Source: Chloroflexota bacterium (GTDB lineage: Bacteria; Chloroflexota; Limnocylindria; Limnocylindrales; CSP1-4). Taken from it: 64,000 nt of DNA. Below the pieces are notes generated by a model that ran no database searches, was not told where the DNA came from, and worked only from the letters and a program-made list of their open reading frames with translations. The stretch's first letter is position 1. The number at the start of each line of letters is the position of its first letter. The stretch is from the NCBI GenBank assembly GCA_003158295.1, contig PMIP01000053.1, positions 45,610 to 109,609 of the forward strand, read 5' to 3'. Positions 8,124-15,858 of this stretch are shown piece by piece. The translations under genes and the position numbers were made by a program.

Positions 8124-8726
8124 TTACGGGGTCACATGCAACTCCACTGAAACCCTCAAGGCGTGATTCTCGTCGGGGCAGATGTCGTCGGCGTTGACGT
8201 AGGCCACGGCGGTGATCCGCCAGGTGCCCGCGGGTAGCTGCAACAGCGGGTCGGTCATGAACCACTTCTTGAAGTCGGACGATGGGGCAGCGGGATCATA
8301 GGCTCCCTGCTTCGTGATCGGCACGACCAGCGGCTTGGCGGCTTCGAGCGTGCTCTCCTTGCAATCTGCCCAGCTGATGCCTTTCACGGACCGACTCCCG
8401 CCCACCTCCGCGAAGGAGAAGATGACGGGGCCGCTGGCGGTGGTCCCGAATTTGAGTGTCTCCACGCCTACGAGCGAGAGAGTCGCCTCCCCCTTTATCG
8501 TGTCGGTTGCGTGCCAGTCCGCCCGAGGCAACGCTAACTGCAGCTTGAATGGCCCGCTGCTGTCTTCGGCGACGACTGGAGAAGGCGATGGCCCGACTGC
8601 AGAAGGCGATGGCCCGACTGGAGAAGGCGACGCGACCGCACAGGCCGCGACGATGATGGCAAGGACCGCAAGGGTCGAGGCGCGAAGACTCATTCCTGCC
8701 ACGCCTGGGACTCTGGCTGCGTTCAT
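8124..8726 (-). CDS. hypothetical lipoprotein (cassette cargo 1)
   Basis: 200-aa ORF with GGGAGGAGG upstream. Signal peptide with lipobox LAIIVAAC, then a PSPS-rich linker and a beta-rich domain. Confidence 0.7.
   Translation of the reverse strand: MNAARVPGVAGMSLRASTLAVLAIIVAACAVASPSPVGPSPSAVGPSPSPVVAEDSSGPFKLQLALPRADWHATDTIKGEATLSLVGVETLKFGTTASGPVIFSFAEVGGSRSVKGISWADCKESTLEAAKPLVVPITKQGAYDPAAPSSDFKKWFMTDPLLQLPAGTWRITAVAYVNADDICPDENHALRVSVELHVTP
8576..8636 (-). repeat. in-frame 21-bp tandem repeat (about 2.6 copies) encoding the (G)PSPS(A/P)V linker
   Basis: GAAGGCGATGGCCCGACTG(C/G)A occurs at 8581-8601 and 8602-8622, with a partial third copy. Confidence 0.6.
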
Positions 8727-8856
8727 GCAGCACCTCCTCCCGACCGGCTAACCCTCGTGCCCGAACGTGCTCATGAATACCACAATAACCAGCCGGCGTT
8801 CGCTCATCAATTCAACGCTTGGAAGGGGTCCCGCCTACACCGCTCAGCGCTCAGTG

Positions 8857-8897
8857 GCATGTCAAGCATGCGCTCTAACCAACTGAGCTAACCGCCC
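8857..8897 (-). pseudogene. truncated tRNA-Val copy B (positions 1 to about 41: acceptor 5' strand, D-arm, anticodon stem-loop)
   Basis: 41 nt identical to 7980-8020 of the intact tRNA-Val. It lacks the T-arm and 3' acceptor strand. The upstream flank (8898-8925) is related to the intact gene's flank and keeps a TATGAT hexamer. Confidence 0.85.
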
Positions 8898-8938
8898 GGG
8901 TGCGGGGCGGATCATAACGCATCAGTCCGGCAGGACGC

Positions 8939-8992
8939 GGCTGGGGCGGTCCCTCGGCCGCCGATCGAGGGCCGGCCCCGAGCGCCCCAGCC
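8939..8992 (-). terminator. GC-rich nested hairpin downstream of lipoprotein 2 (possible terminator or insulator)
   Basis: GGCTGGGGCG (8939-8948) pairs with CGCCCCAGCC (8983-8992), with an inner CCCTCG/CGAGGG pair. There is no clear U-tract. Confidence 0.3.
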
Positions 8993-9022
8993 GTTGGAGC
9001 CCGGCGTCCGAGTGGCGCCTCC

Positions 9023-9565
9023 CTACTGCGCGGGTGGGCCGGTGTACGTGATCAGAAACACACCTGACGTGGCATCGACCAGTGCGACTTCATCACAGAT
9101 GGTGGGTGCGGCGGAGGCAGAAGGCTGACTATTGCCGGGCACAAACGCGCCACCAGAACTCGGAGGGCAAGTAATGTTCCTCCAGCTGAACGCCCAAACC
9201 AAGGTGGTGTCGTACGACGCGTCGGTCATCGAAGCGAGTTCGGCGCTAGTAGGCTGACCATCAGGGCAAGCGGCGACGCCGGTACGGCATAGGTCATACG
9301 CGACAGTGGCGGGGACCGAAGCGATCCGGCCATTTGGCGGCGCCAGACTAATACTCGCCGTCGGGTAGGTGCGTGCCTGCGCCAGCGGCTGATCTGGGAC
9401 GGACAAAGCCGCCCGACCACCACTGGCACCTGGGGAGACTGTCGAGGTCCGGGCAACGCAACCCGCGAGTCCGACGAGCACGCTGAGCGCAGCCGCTAGG
9501 ACGGGACTCGCGCGCCGGGCCATGGCGTGGCCCTCATCAAGCCACGCGACCACGGAACTACCCAT
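9023..9565 (-). CDS. hypothetical lipoprotein (cassette cargo 2); alternative start at 9523
   Basis: 180-aa ORF with lipobox LVGLAGC and a Cys-containing secreted domain. No evident similarity to cargo 1. GC is somewhat lower, about 57-63% in two hand-counted 60-nt lines. Confidence 0.7.
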   Translation of the reverse strand: MGSSVVAWLDEGHAMARRASPVLAAALSVLVGLAGCVARTSTVSPGASGGRAALSVPDQPLAQARTYPTASISLAPPNGRIASVPATVAYDLCRTGVAACPDGQPTSAELASMTDASYDTTLVWAFSWRNITCPPSSGGAFVPGNSQPSASAAPTICDEVALVDATSGVFLITYTGPPAQ

Positions 9566-9660
9566 CTGTTCTCCCCCGCGAATACCGCTATAACTGCGCG
9601 GCCTTCGCTCGCCCGATGGACGTTTCGAGGGCGCTTCCCTACATCACTCAGGGTCTAGTG

Positions 9661-9700
9661 GCATGTCAGCATGCGCTCTAACCAACTGAGCTAACCGCCC
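9661..9700 (-). pseudogene. truncated tRNA-Val copy C (5' half, 1-nt deletion in the anticodon loop)
   Basis: Matches 7980-8020 except for one missing A (catgtcagc versus catgtcaagc). The next 23 nt (9701-9723) are identical to 8021-8043, upstream of the intact tRNA. Confidence 0.85.
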
Positions 9701-9792
9701 GAGCGGGGCGGATCGTAGCACAGCCCAACCCACGTGCGCGGAGTCGCGATTGAGGGATCAGCGTGGCGATCCGGGCGCTCGATCCGGAGCGT

Positions 9793-10764
9793 TTACGGCA
9801 TCCACACCTGAGATGTGGCCTTGCCGAATGGCGCGGGCGAGTCGAACTCCTTGGTCCATGACTCCGAGCCTTTCGCATACCCGATCTCTCGCACAGATGT
9901 GACCGCTCCGTCGGCCGCCACTGTTCCCGAGAGCATCGCCAGACGCGTCCCGGCGTCATCCAGGGCGAGGCCCCAAACCACCGCTGAAGGATCGATCATG
10001 GCGACCGTCGCCAGCTGGCCGACCCCCAGCAGCGCCTCGATCGGTCCGGCGTAGACGGTGGTCTCGGTGGCTACGGACAGGTACCGCCTGTCTTGAGACA
10101 CCGCGAAGACGCGAATCCCTGCCAGGGCCGGCGACGTTTCGATCGTCGCGGCCGCCACATCCACGACGCCAAGCCGTGAAACCTGCTCCTTGTCGGTTGT
10201 CAGAACGAGCAGCCGAGTCTCATCCAGCCAGGCCACGAGTGGAGTGAACGGCTGCGCCGGGGCGGGTTGCAGAGGTCGAAGAGCGCCATCGGGGGCAACC
10301 AGCCAGTAACCCTGAGTTTCGCCGTCCGTCGTGACCATCGCGATCGCGCCACCGGGCGATCGATCGAGTGCGGCGATCTCAGCCGTCGGGGCCGGTCCCT
10401 CCCACTTCAGCGGAAGCGCCCTTCCCGCGGATGCCGGCGTCCCGGCGGATCGGACCTCGATGGATCCGCGGCCGGCTATCGCCAGGCTGGTGCCAAACCG
10501 GGCGACTCCCGTGGCCGAAGGCAAAGGCGCCAGGGCTGTCCAGCGATCGGGTGCTTCGAACCCCCACAGTCCGAGTCCGCCGCTCACGCCGTCTCCCAGG
10601 ACGACCAACTGAGGCGTCCCCAACCCGGCAGTCGTCGACTTGGATGTGGCCGTGCGGCCGGAACGATCGGCAGTGGAGACCGGCGATCCCGCGCATGCTG
10701 AGGCAAGCAGGGACAGCGCCGCGGCGACCCCTGCGATGCGGATGTACCGTCGATCTCCCGTCAT
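9793..10764 (-). CDS. secreted lipoprotein, TolB/PD40-like beta-propeller (inferred)
   Basis: Start placed at ATG 10764 (AAGGGGAG 3 nt upstream), giving MTGDRRYIRIAGVAAALSLLASAC with a lipobox. Recurrent SPGG/APDG/SQDR/DDAG strand-turn motifs suggest propeller blades. The track ORF start at 10842 is also possible. Confidence 0.7.
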   Translation of the reverse strand: MTGDRRYIRIAGVAAALSLLASACAGSPVSTADRSGRTATSKSTTAGLGTPQLVVLGDGVSGGLGLWGFEAPDRWTALAPLPSATGVARFGTSLAIAGRGSIEVRSAGTPASAGRALPLKWEGPAPTAEIAALDRSPGGAIAMVTTDGETQGYWLVAPDGALRPLQPAPAQPFTPLVAWLDETRLLVLTTDKEQVSRLGVVDVAAATIETSPALAGIRVFAVSQDRRYLSVATETTVYAGPIEALLGVGQLATVAMIDPSAVVWGLALDDAGTRLAMLSGTVAADGAVTSVREIGYAKGSESWTKEFDSPAPFGKATSQVWMP

Positions 10765-10858
10765 GTCTCCCCTTCCCCGCACTCGTACGGAGTCTCCGTT
10801 AAGTCGTCCGTGGCCGCCGCGCCGACGGCCACGGACGAGCATTCAGCGACGCGCGAGC

Positions 10859-11824
10859 CTACTCGACGACGTCGCCGCCAAGAATGGTCCCGTCTCCGGC
10901 GTCCACGTACAGGGTGACCAGCGAAACGTAGTCTGCCGCCACGCCCGACGGCTTGACGTTCGCGACCCAAGCCAGCCGGTACGGGGCAGGAGCGGCGGAG
11001 AGCTTGGCGGCGTCGAACGTCGCATTTGGGCCGACCCACTCGAGGGTCATCTGCTGGACCGCGTAGCTCGACGCACGACCGGCGAACCAGCGATCGAACT
11101 GGCCGTTGACGACCTTCTTCGCGTCGTCGATCCCGAGCCGATCGGCCGGCCCAGCCGCCAGCGGGTGTTCGACGTGAGCGACGCTCTGGATTCGCCCGTC
11201 AGGCCAGACATGGACACGGGTCTCATCCCCGCGAACCTTGATACCGTCCTGCGAGCGGTCCCAGTGGACGTTCCATCCGCCCAGAACCGCATCGGCGTCG
11301 GCCTGGTACTGGCCCGCCACCGCGACGCCGGAGGCGGAGAGGCCGCGTGTGGCCGCCGTCGTCGCCGCTTCCTTGTCGATCTTCGGCGAGGTGACGGAGG
11401 GCCGGTCGAAGCGCACCGCGGCGACCAGGCGACCCGTCGGATCGAACTGAGTCAGGGCCAGAGGCTGGCCCGTGCGGTCGACCTCCTCTACCTCGTCGTA
11501 GTCGGTCGGTCGATTGGTGTCGTGAACGTGCTTGCCCGTGCGATTCGCCCCGACCGGGAAGCCGAAGGCATCCCTGGCCGACGCCGCACGACGAAACACG
11601 TCGGGGCTGTCGTCGGCATTGATGACGGTCGCGGTCACGACCGGGGGACCGGCTTTCGCGGCGTCCACGCCGCCTGTGCCAGTTCCCGTGCTGGAGCCAC
11701 CGGCGCTGTTGGCGACCATCCGATCGGCCGTGGCGGCCAGACCGAACACCACCACGGCGGCCGCCAGGACCGCCTTGATGGCCCCACCAGTCATGGATGT
11801 TGCAGATGTTCTTCTTCCAGTCAT
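10859..11824 (-). CDS. secreted or membrane-anchored protein with PepSY/FTP-like repeats (inferred)
   Basis: Internal ATG at 11824 lies 2 nt after the upstream stop (TGAcgATG). N-terminal TM/signal is GGAIKAVLAAAVVVFGLAA. The C-terminus YVSLVTLYVDAGDGTILGGDVVE and IDDAKKVV resemble PepSY domain ends. The 452-aa track ORF is an artefactual 5' extension. Confidence 0.65.
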   Translation of the reverse strand: MTGRRTSATSMTGGAIKAVLAAAVVVFGLAATADRMVANSAGGSSTGTGTGGVDAAKAGPPVVTATVINADDSPDVFRRAASARDAFGFPVGANRTGKHVHDTNRPTDYDEVEEVDRTGQPLALTQFDPTGRLVAAVRFDRPSVTSPKIDKEAATTAATRGLSASGVAVAGQYQADADAVLGGWNVHWDRSQDGIKVRGDETRVHVWPDGRIQSVAHVEHPLAAGPADRLGIDDAKKVVNGQFDRWFAGRASSYAVQQMTLEWVGPNATFDAAKLSAAPAPYRLAWVANVKPSGVAADYVSLVTLYVDAGDGTILGGDVVE

Positions 11825-11826
11825 CG

Positions 11827-12585
11827 TCACCACCCCGGAACGCCGTTGAAATTGGGATTGCCCCACCAATTCGCTTGGAATGGATCGGCCGAGTCCGGAT
11901 AGGCGTATCCACCGATGCTCATCGCGTAGGTGAATGCCGAATATGCGGACCTGACATGCAGGATGTTGGCGTTGAGGTAGCTCCAAAACGCCTGCTCGAA
12001 CCGAAACGCGGCGCTGTCGTAGGTGGAATTCACGTAGCCGAGGTAGAACTCCTTCTGGGTCGATGACTTCGTCTTCTCGATCTGGAAGGCGTCCGGCATG
12101 GTGCTCGAATTCGCACCGAGCATGCACGTCGACATGATCACCAGGTTGAAGACTCCGCCATGGGTTGCCGACTTGATGGCGCTCGACCTGATCTTGTCCC
12201 GCCCCGAGTCGTTGCACGCGCCCGAGCCGGGGTCCTGGAGAATGGCCGAGTCGACGTTCGGATAGCCGGACGCAGCCCAGTAGTTGTCACCGTGCGTGTG
12301 GGCGTAGACCGCCCAGGGGTATGCCACGTTGCCGAGGAATGCCGATGTCGTGAAAGCGGGCCCGAGGTCCCCGCGCAAGGGGGCGTACCCGAGCCTGGTC
12401 AGTTGAGCGTTGGCGAGGTTGTAGAGCTGCTGGGGGTACGTGTCCGTGAACCCCAGGCAGTTCGAGCTGAAGCCGTCGGAGTTGGACCACACGTCTCCCC
12501 GATGGGCTGACGCCGCCTGAGCCGTCGCACCGAGCGTCGACGCCGCAAGCAAGAGAGAAACGAGCAATATCTCCGCTCGTTTCAT
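11827..12585 (-). CDS. secreted protein with a His...Cys dyad pattern (putative clan CD-like cysteine peptidase; function inferred)
   Basis: ATG at 12585 with AGGAGG upstream; signal peptide MKRAEILLVSLLLAASTLGATAQAASA. A hydrophobic strand plus AHTHGDNYW, and FNLVIMSTCMLG, resemble the gingipain/caspase-type His-Gly and Cys contexts. GC is about 53-60% in two hand-counted lines versus about 73% in a flanking line. Confidence 0.7.
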   Translation of the reverse strand: MKRAEILLVSLLLAASTLGATAQAASAHRGDVWSNSDGFSSNCLGFTDTYPQQLYNLANAQLTRLGYAPLRGDLGPAFTTSAFLGNVAYPWAVYAHTHGDNYWAASGYPNVDSAILQDPGSGACNDSGRDKIRSSAIKSATHGGVFNLVIMSTCMLGANSSTMPDAFQIEKTKSSTQKEFYLGYVNSTYDSAAFRFEQAFWSYLNANILHVRSAYSAFTYAMSIGGYAYPDSADPFQANWWGNPNFNGVPGW

Positions 12586-12821
12586 GGGACCTCCTATGAA
12601 AGGCGGGCGGAAAGCGACCTGCGGCGGGAAGCGGTGAGTGCGAGGTGCGAATGGCGGGCAGCCATTGGCGTCCGCTGAGAACGTGGCTAGTCGATGGCCC
12701 CTCCTGGCAAAGAGCACGCCGTCAAGAAGGCCGACGGCCGGAAGCCCCAGCGCCGCAGCCTCCCCATCTGGTCGGATCACTCGGCGACTGCCGCGCTGGC
12801 GACCCGACTCTACGGGGACCC

Positions 12822-12839
12822 GCTTATCTCGGGCTTATC
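12822..12839. promoter_or_regulatory. direct repeat GCTTATC-N4-GCTTATC (candidate regulator binding site)
   Basis: Two identical 7-mers with 11-bp periodicity, AT-richer than their surroundings. They lie in the 295-nt region upstream of the peptidase-like operon, inside a GGACCC..GGGTCC inverted repeat. Confidence 0.25.
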
Positions 12840-12880
12840 AGGGTCCGCCCCACCAGCCGTGCGCCTGCGGCCGAGCGCGT

Positions 12881-14299
12881 CTATGCCTCGGGTAGTCTCA
12901 TTGCCAGGGGGTCGGACTCGGCCGGCCTCGAGCCGCGATGGTCCATCTTCACGTAGCGGATTGGTCCGCGCCGGAAGGCCAGGGCAGCGAGCGCTCGCGG
13001 CACGGCAACGATCCACAAACCGCCGAAGAGCGCGACGCGGAACGTGCGTCTCAGTCGCTCCGCCCTGGGGAGCGTTCCGCCGTCCACATGGCTCTCCCAG
13101 CGAAGCGCGTCCCAGCCGAGGAGGGCGCTCGTGCCCAGGTAGCCGCCGACGATCGAGGCCAGGGCCCGGCGCCGTCCGGTCACGGCCGCCGATGCCGCGG
13201 CCCCCAGGATGATCGGCGGGACGGCAAGCTGGCCCACGTACGTGATGAAATCGAGTCGGGCGCCGGCTGACAAGCGCCGGCTCGCCACCACCGCCGGCCC
13301 GTGCTCGAAGGCCCGCCTCAGCGCACCTTCCGCCCAGCGAAAGCGCTGGCGCCACAGACGCTCTCCGCTACGAACGGGTTCCTCCCAGACTTCCACGTCG
13401 AGGGCCCAGGCGACGCGTTCCCCGGCAGCGGCGGCGATCCGACTCGACAGATCGATGTCCTCGGTCAGCGCCGAGGCGCGCCATCCTCCGACCCGGGCCA
13501 GCAGCTCCCGACGAACCATGATGCCGTTACCCCGGAACTCGGAACAGCCTCCGAGCGCCCAGCGGCCGCGGTTGAGCTCGCCGTCGAGCGTCTGCTCGTC
13601 GGCCTGCGCGCCTTCAAGCCATCCGCAGTTCGAGTCGAGGATCCGCCGCCGCGCCGTGACGGCATTCGCCCCCGCCGCGAAGTACCCGGCCGCCCTCCGA
13701 AGGAACCAGGGCTCGAGGCGAGCATCTGCATCGAGCACGAGGATAACATCGCCGCCGCACTCGTCCGGCTGAGCCGCCGTGAGTGCCGCGCCCTTCCCGT
13801 CCAGTAGGCCCTCTCCGCGTCGCGAAATCACTCGTGTGACCGCCCCGATACCAGAATCCGCCGCGGCCGCCAAGACGGCGTCGGCGGTGCCGTCGGTCGA
13901 CCTGTCGTCCACGACGATGAGCTCGAACAGCGGCCGGCCGTCTCTCCTCCGGTAGTGTTGACGGCTGACGTCGGTCACCAGCTGCCGCAGAACGGCGGCC
14001 TCGTCTCGGGCGGCCACGACGATGCTGAACGTGGGCGGATCGGCGGCGCCGGCGAGAGCGTCGGCGGCCTCCTCCGGCGAGATGGGCGGCCGGCGCGAGG
14101 CCAACGCGACGGGAACGGCGCAGCCCAGGGCAACTCCGGCCGTGATCAACGGGATCGCGCGGCTCATGCGTCTGCCACTCGCCAGGAGTCCGACGGCGAA
14201 ACCACCGAACAGGATCCCCGCCGCAGCGGCGCGCCACTGGGCCGGGGTCGCGGGCGCGTTCTCGTTCGCCTCCGATTCGGCCACGAGCGCGCTCGTCAT
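12881..14299 (-). CDS. membrane GT2 family glycosyltransferase, processive synthase-like
   Basis: Shows FSIVVAARDE, VVDDRSTDGT, LVLDADA, TEDIDLS and QRFRWAEG (Q-x-x-RW) motifs, with N- and C-terminal TM segments. The TGATG junction overlaps the upstream MFS gene. Confidence 0.85.
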   Translation of the reverse strand: MTSALVAESEANENAPATPAQWRAAAAGILFGGFAVGLLASGRRMSRAIPLITAGVALGCAVPVALASRRPPISPEEAADALAGAADPPTFSIVVAARDEAAVLRQLVTDVSRQHYRRRDGRPLFELIVVDDRSTDGTADAVLAAAADSGIGAVTRVISRRGEGLLDGKGAALTAAQPDECGGDVILVLDADARLEPWFLRRAAGYFAAGANAVTARRRILDSNCGWLEGAQADEQTLDGELNRGRWALGGCSEFRGNGIMVRRELLARVGGWRASALTEDIDLSSRIAAAAGERVAWALDVEVWEEPVRSGERLWRQRFRWAEGALRRAFEHGPAVVASRRLSAGARLDFITYVGQLAVPPIILGAAASAAVTGRRRALASIVGGYLGTSALLGWDALRWESHVDGGTLPRAERLRRTFRVALFGGLWIVAVPRALAALAFRRGPIRYVKMDHRGSRPAESDPLAMRLPEA

Positions 14300-15858
14300 C
14301 AGGATGACTCTCTGTCTTCCAGGCCTCGCTTTGAGGCGTGGGGCACGGCTGAATCCACATCGGCGTCCGTGGCTGCGGCAGCGCCCGAGGCCAACTCGCT
14401 GGAGGAGAGAGCGATGGTGATTGGATCTGCCGCCGCTGCGCTCATAGGCGAGCCTGCTCGAGCCTCCACCTCGGCCGGACGGAGGGAACCGCGATTCACG
14501 ACGCTGGCCACCCCCGCCAGTGCGGTCACGATCCCGGCGACGAGAATCACCCCCTCCGGCTGAACGATGTCGGCGATGAAACCGACGACGAGGATCGGGG
14601 CGAGGCTGGAGATGGAGACAAGCATGTTCAGCACGCCGAAGACCCGGCCCCTGACTTCTTCCGGCAGATCCTCCTGGAGCTGCGTCTGGGCCGATATGGC
14701 CACGACGGCGTAGGAGCAGCCAATCAGGTAGGCGATCACGATTACCAGGGACAGGACCGAGACGACCCGGCTCGCCTCACGGAACTGGGCCCCTACGTTG
14801 TTCTCGAGGAAGTGCGAGATCGGCCCGGCGAACGACAGCAGCGCCACCAGTATGCCGAGACTGATCATGCCGACCTCGATGGCCCGCCGCCGTGGAGCGA
14901 GCCGTCCGAAGTAGTTCAGGCCTACGATCCCGGTCACGATGCCGAGCCCGAGCGGCAGCACCACCACGACGAAGTCCTTCTCTCCAAGAGCGAGCGTGGT
15001 CTCCGCGAAGCCGACGCCCAACACGCCCAGGATCCCGATGAGCGCCCCGGTGATCCCCAGGAATGAGAGCGTCCAGCGGACCCCTCGATGGTCGCGGATG
15101 TAGGCCATCCCCTCGCCAAGCTCGCCGAGCATCGTCTCGACCGCTCGCTCCGCGTCCGCGACGGCCTGCCCGGCAGTCTCCGCACCCTCTTCCGGAGGCG
15201 GGTCAGAGGGCAGCGTCCAGCAGAACACCGCCGCCACGAAGTACATGCCGGCGACTATGGCCACCAGCGCCTGGGGACTGGCCAGGGCGATCAGGAACGG
15301 GCCGACCAGGGCGAAGCCAAGGGCAAACGCTACGTTCGACGTCAGCGTGAAGAAGCCGTTCGCGGCCACAAGCTGGGGGCGCGGAACCAGGTACGGGATC
15401 ATCGATGCTTCCGCCGGGCCGAAGAAGGTGGTGATCGTCGCCACCAGCACCATCAGCGTGTAGAGCAGCAGCAGGTTGTTGCCGACAAGGACGATCGCCA
15501 GGAAGGCGAGGCCGCGGAGCACGTTCGTGATGACCAGCATATGCCGCTTGTCGACCCGATCGACGAAGACCCCGGCGATGGCCGAGAAGACGATGGCCGG
15601 CACCAGGAAACTCAGGAAGAGCGCGCTGATGGCCGTGTTGGAGTGCGTCATCTCCCGGATCAGAATCGTCAGGCCGTAGATGACCGTGTTGCCGCCGACC
15701 TGCGTCGACAGCTGGGCCAGCCAGAGCAGCAAGAACGGCCTGTTCTGAAGTACGGCCAGGCCGCCCGGTTCGGGGGTCGGTTGCTTCGTCCTTCGCTTCG
15801 GGCTCGTGCCAGTGCTCTTGCTCTTGCGGAGTCTCTTCGGCGATACGGTTGCCTTCAT
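14299..15858 (-). CDS. MFS transporter (EntS/DUF894-like class by impression)
   Basis: 519-aa ORF with a basic N-terminus, about 12 TM segments and an Ala-rich C-terminal tail. It has overlapping junctions with genes on both sides. Confidence 0.85.
   Translation of the reverse strand: MKATVSPKRLRKSKSTGTSPKRRTKQPTPEPGGLAVLQNRPFLLLWLAQLSTQVGGNTVIYGLTILIREMTHSNTAISALFLSFLVPAIVFSAIAGVFVDRVDKRHMLVITNVLRGLAFLAIVLVGNNLLLLYTLMVLVATITTFFGPAEASMIPYLVPRPQLVAANGFFTLTSNVAFALGFALVGPFLIALASPQALVAIVAGMYFVAAVFCWTLPSDPPPEEGAETAGQAVADAERAVETMLGELGEGMAYIRDHRGVRWTLSFLGITGALIGILGVLGVGFAETTLALGEKDFVVVVLPLGLGIVTGIVGLNYFGRLAPRRRAIEVGMISLGILVALLSFAGPISHFLENNVGAQFREASRVVSVLSLVIVIAYLIGCSYAVVAISAQTQLQEDLPEEVRGRVFGVLNMLVSISSLAPILVVGFIADIVQPEGVILVAGIVTALAGVASVVNRGSLRPAEVEARAGSPMSAAAADPITIALSSSELASGAAAATDADVDSAVPHASKRGLEDRESS

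Noticed and set aside
8576-8636. Short tandem repeats (also at 16444-16482, 35355-35383 and 60190-60260) as CRISPR or non-coding repeat arrays
   Set aside because: All are in frame inside CDS and encode Pro/Ser/Gly linker peptides. They have 2-3 copies only, and no spacers or cas genes.
10859-12780. Two overlapping long minus-strand ORFs (452 aa and 317 aa)
   Set aside because: This was resolved by internal starts at 11824 and 12585, which give signal peptides, an AGGAGG site and a 2-nt intergenic gap. The upstream portions are Arg/His-rich and overlap the neighbouring genes.
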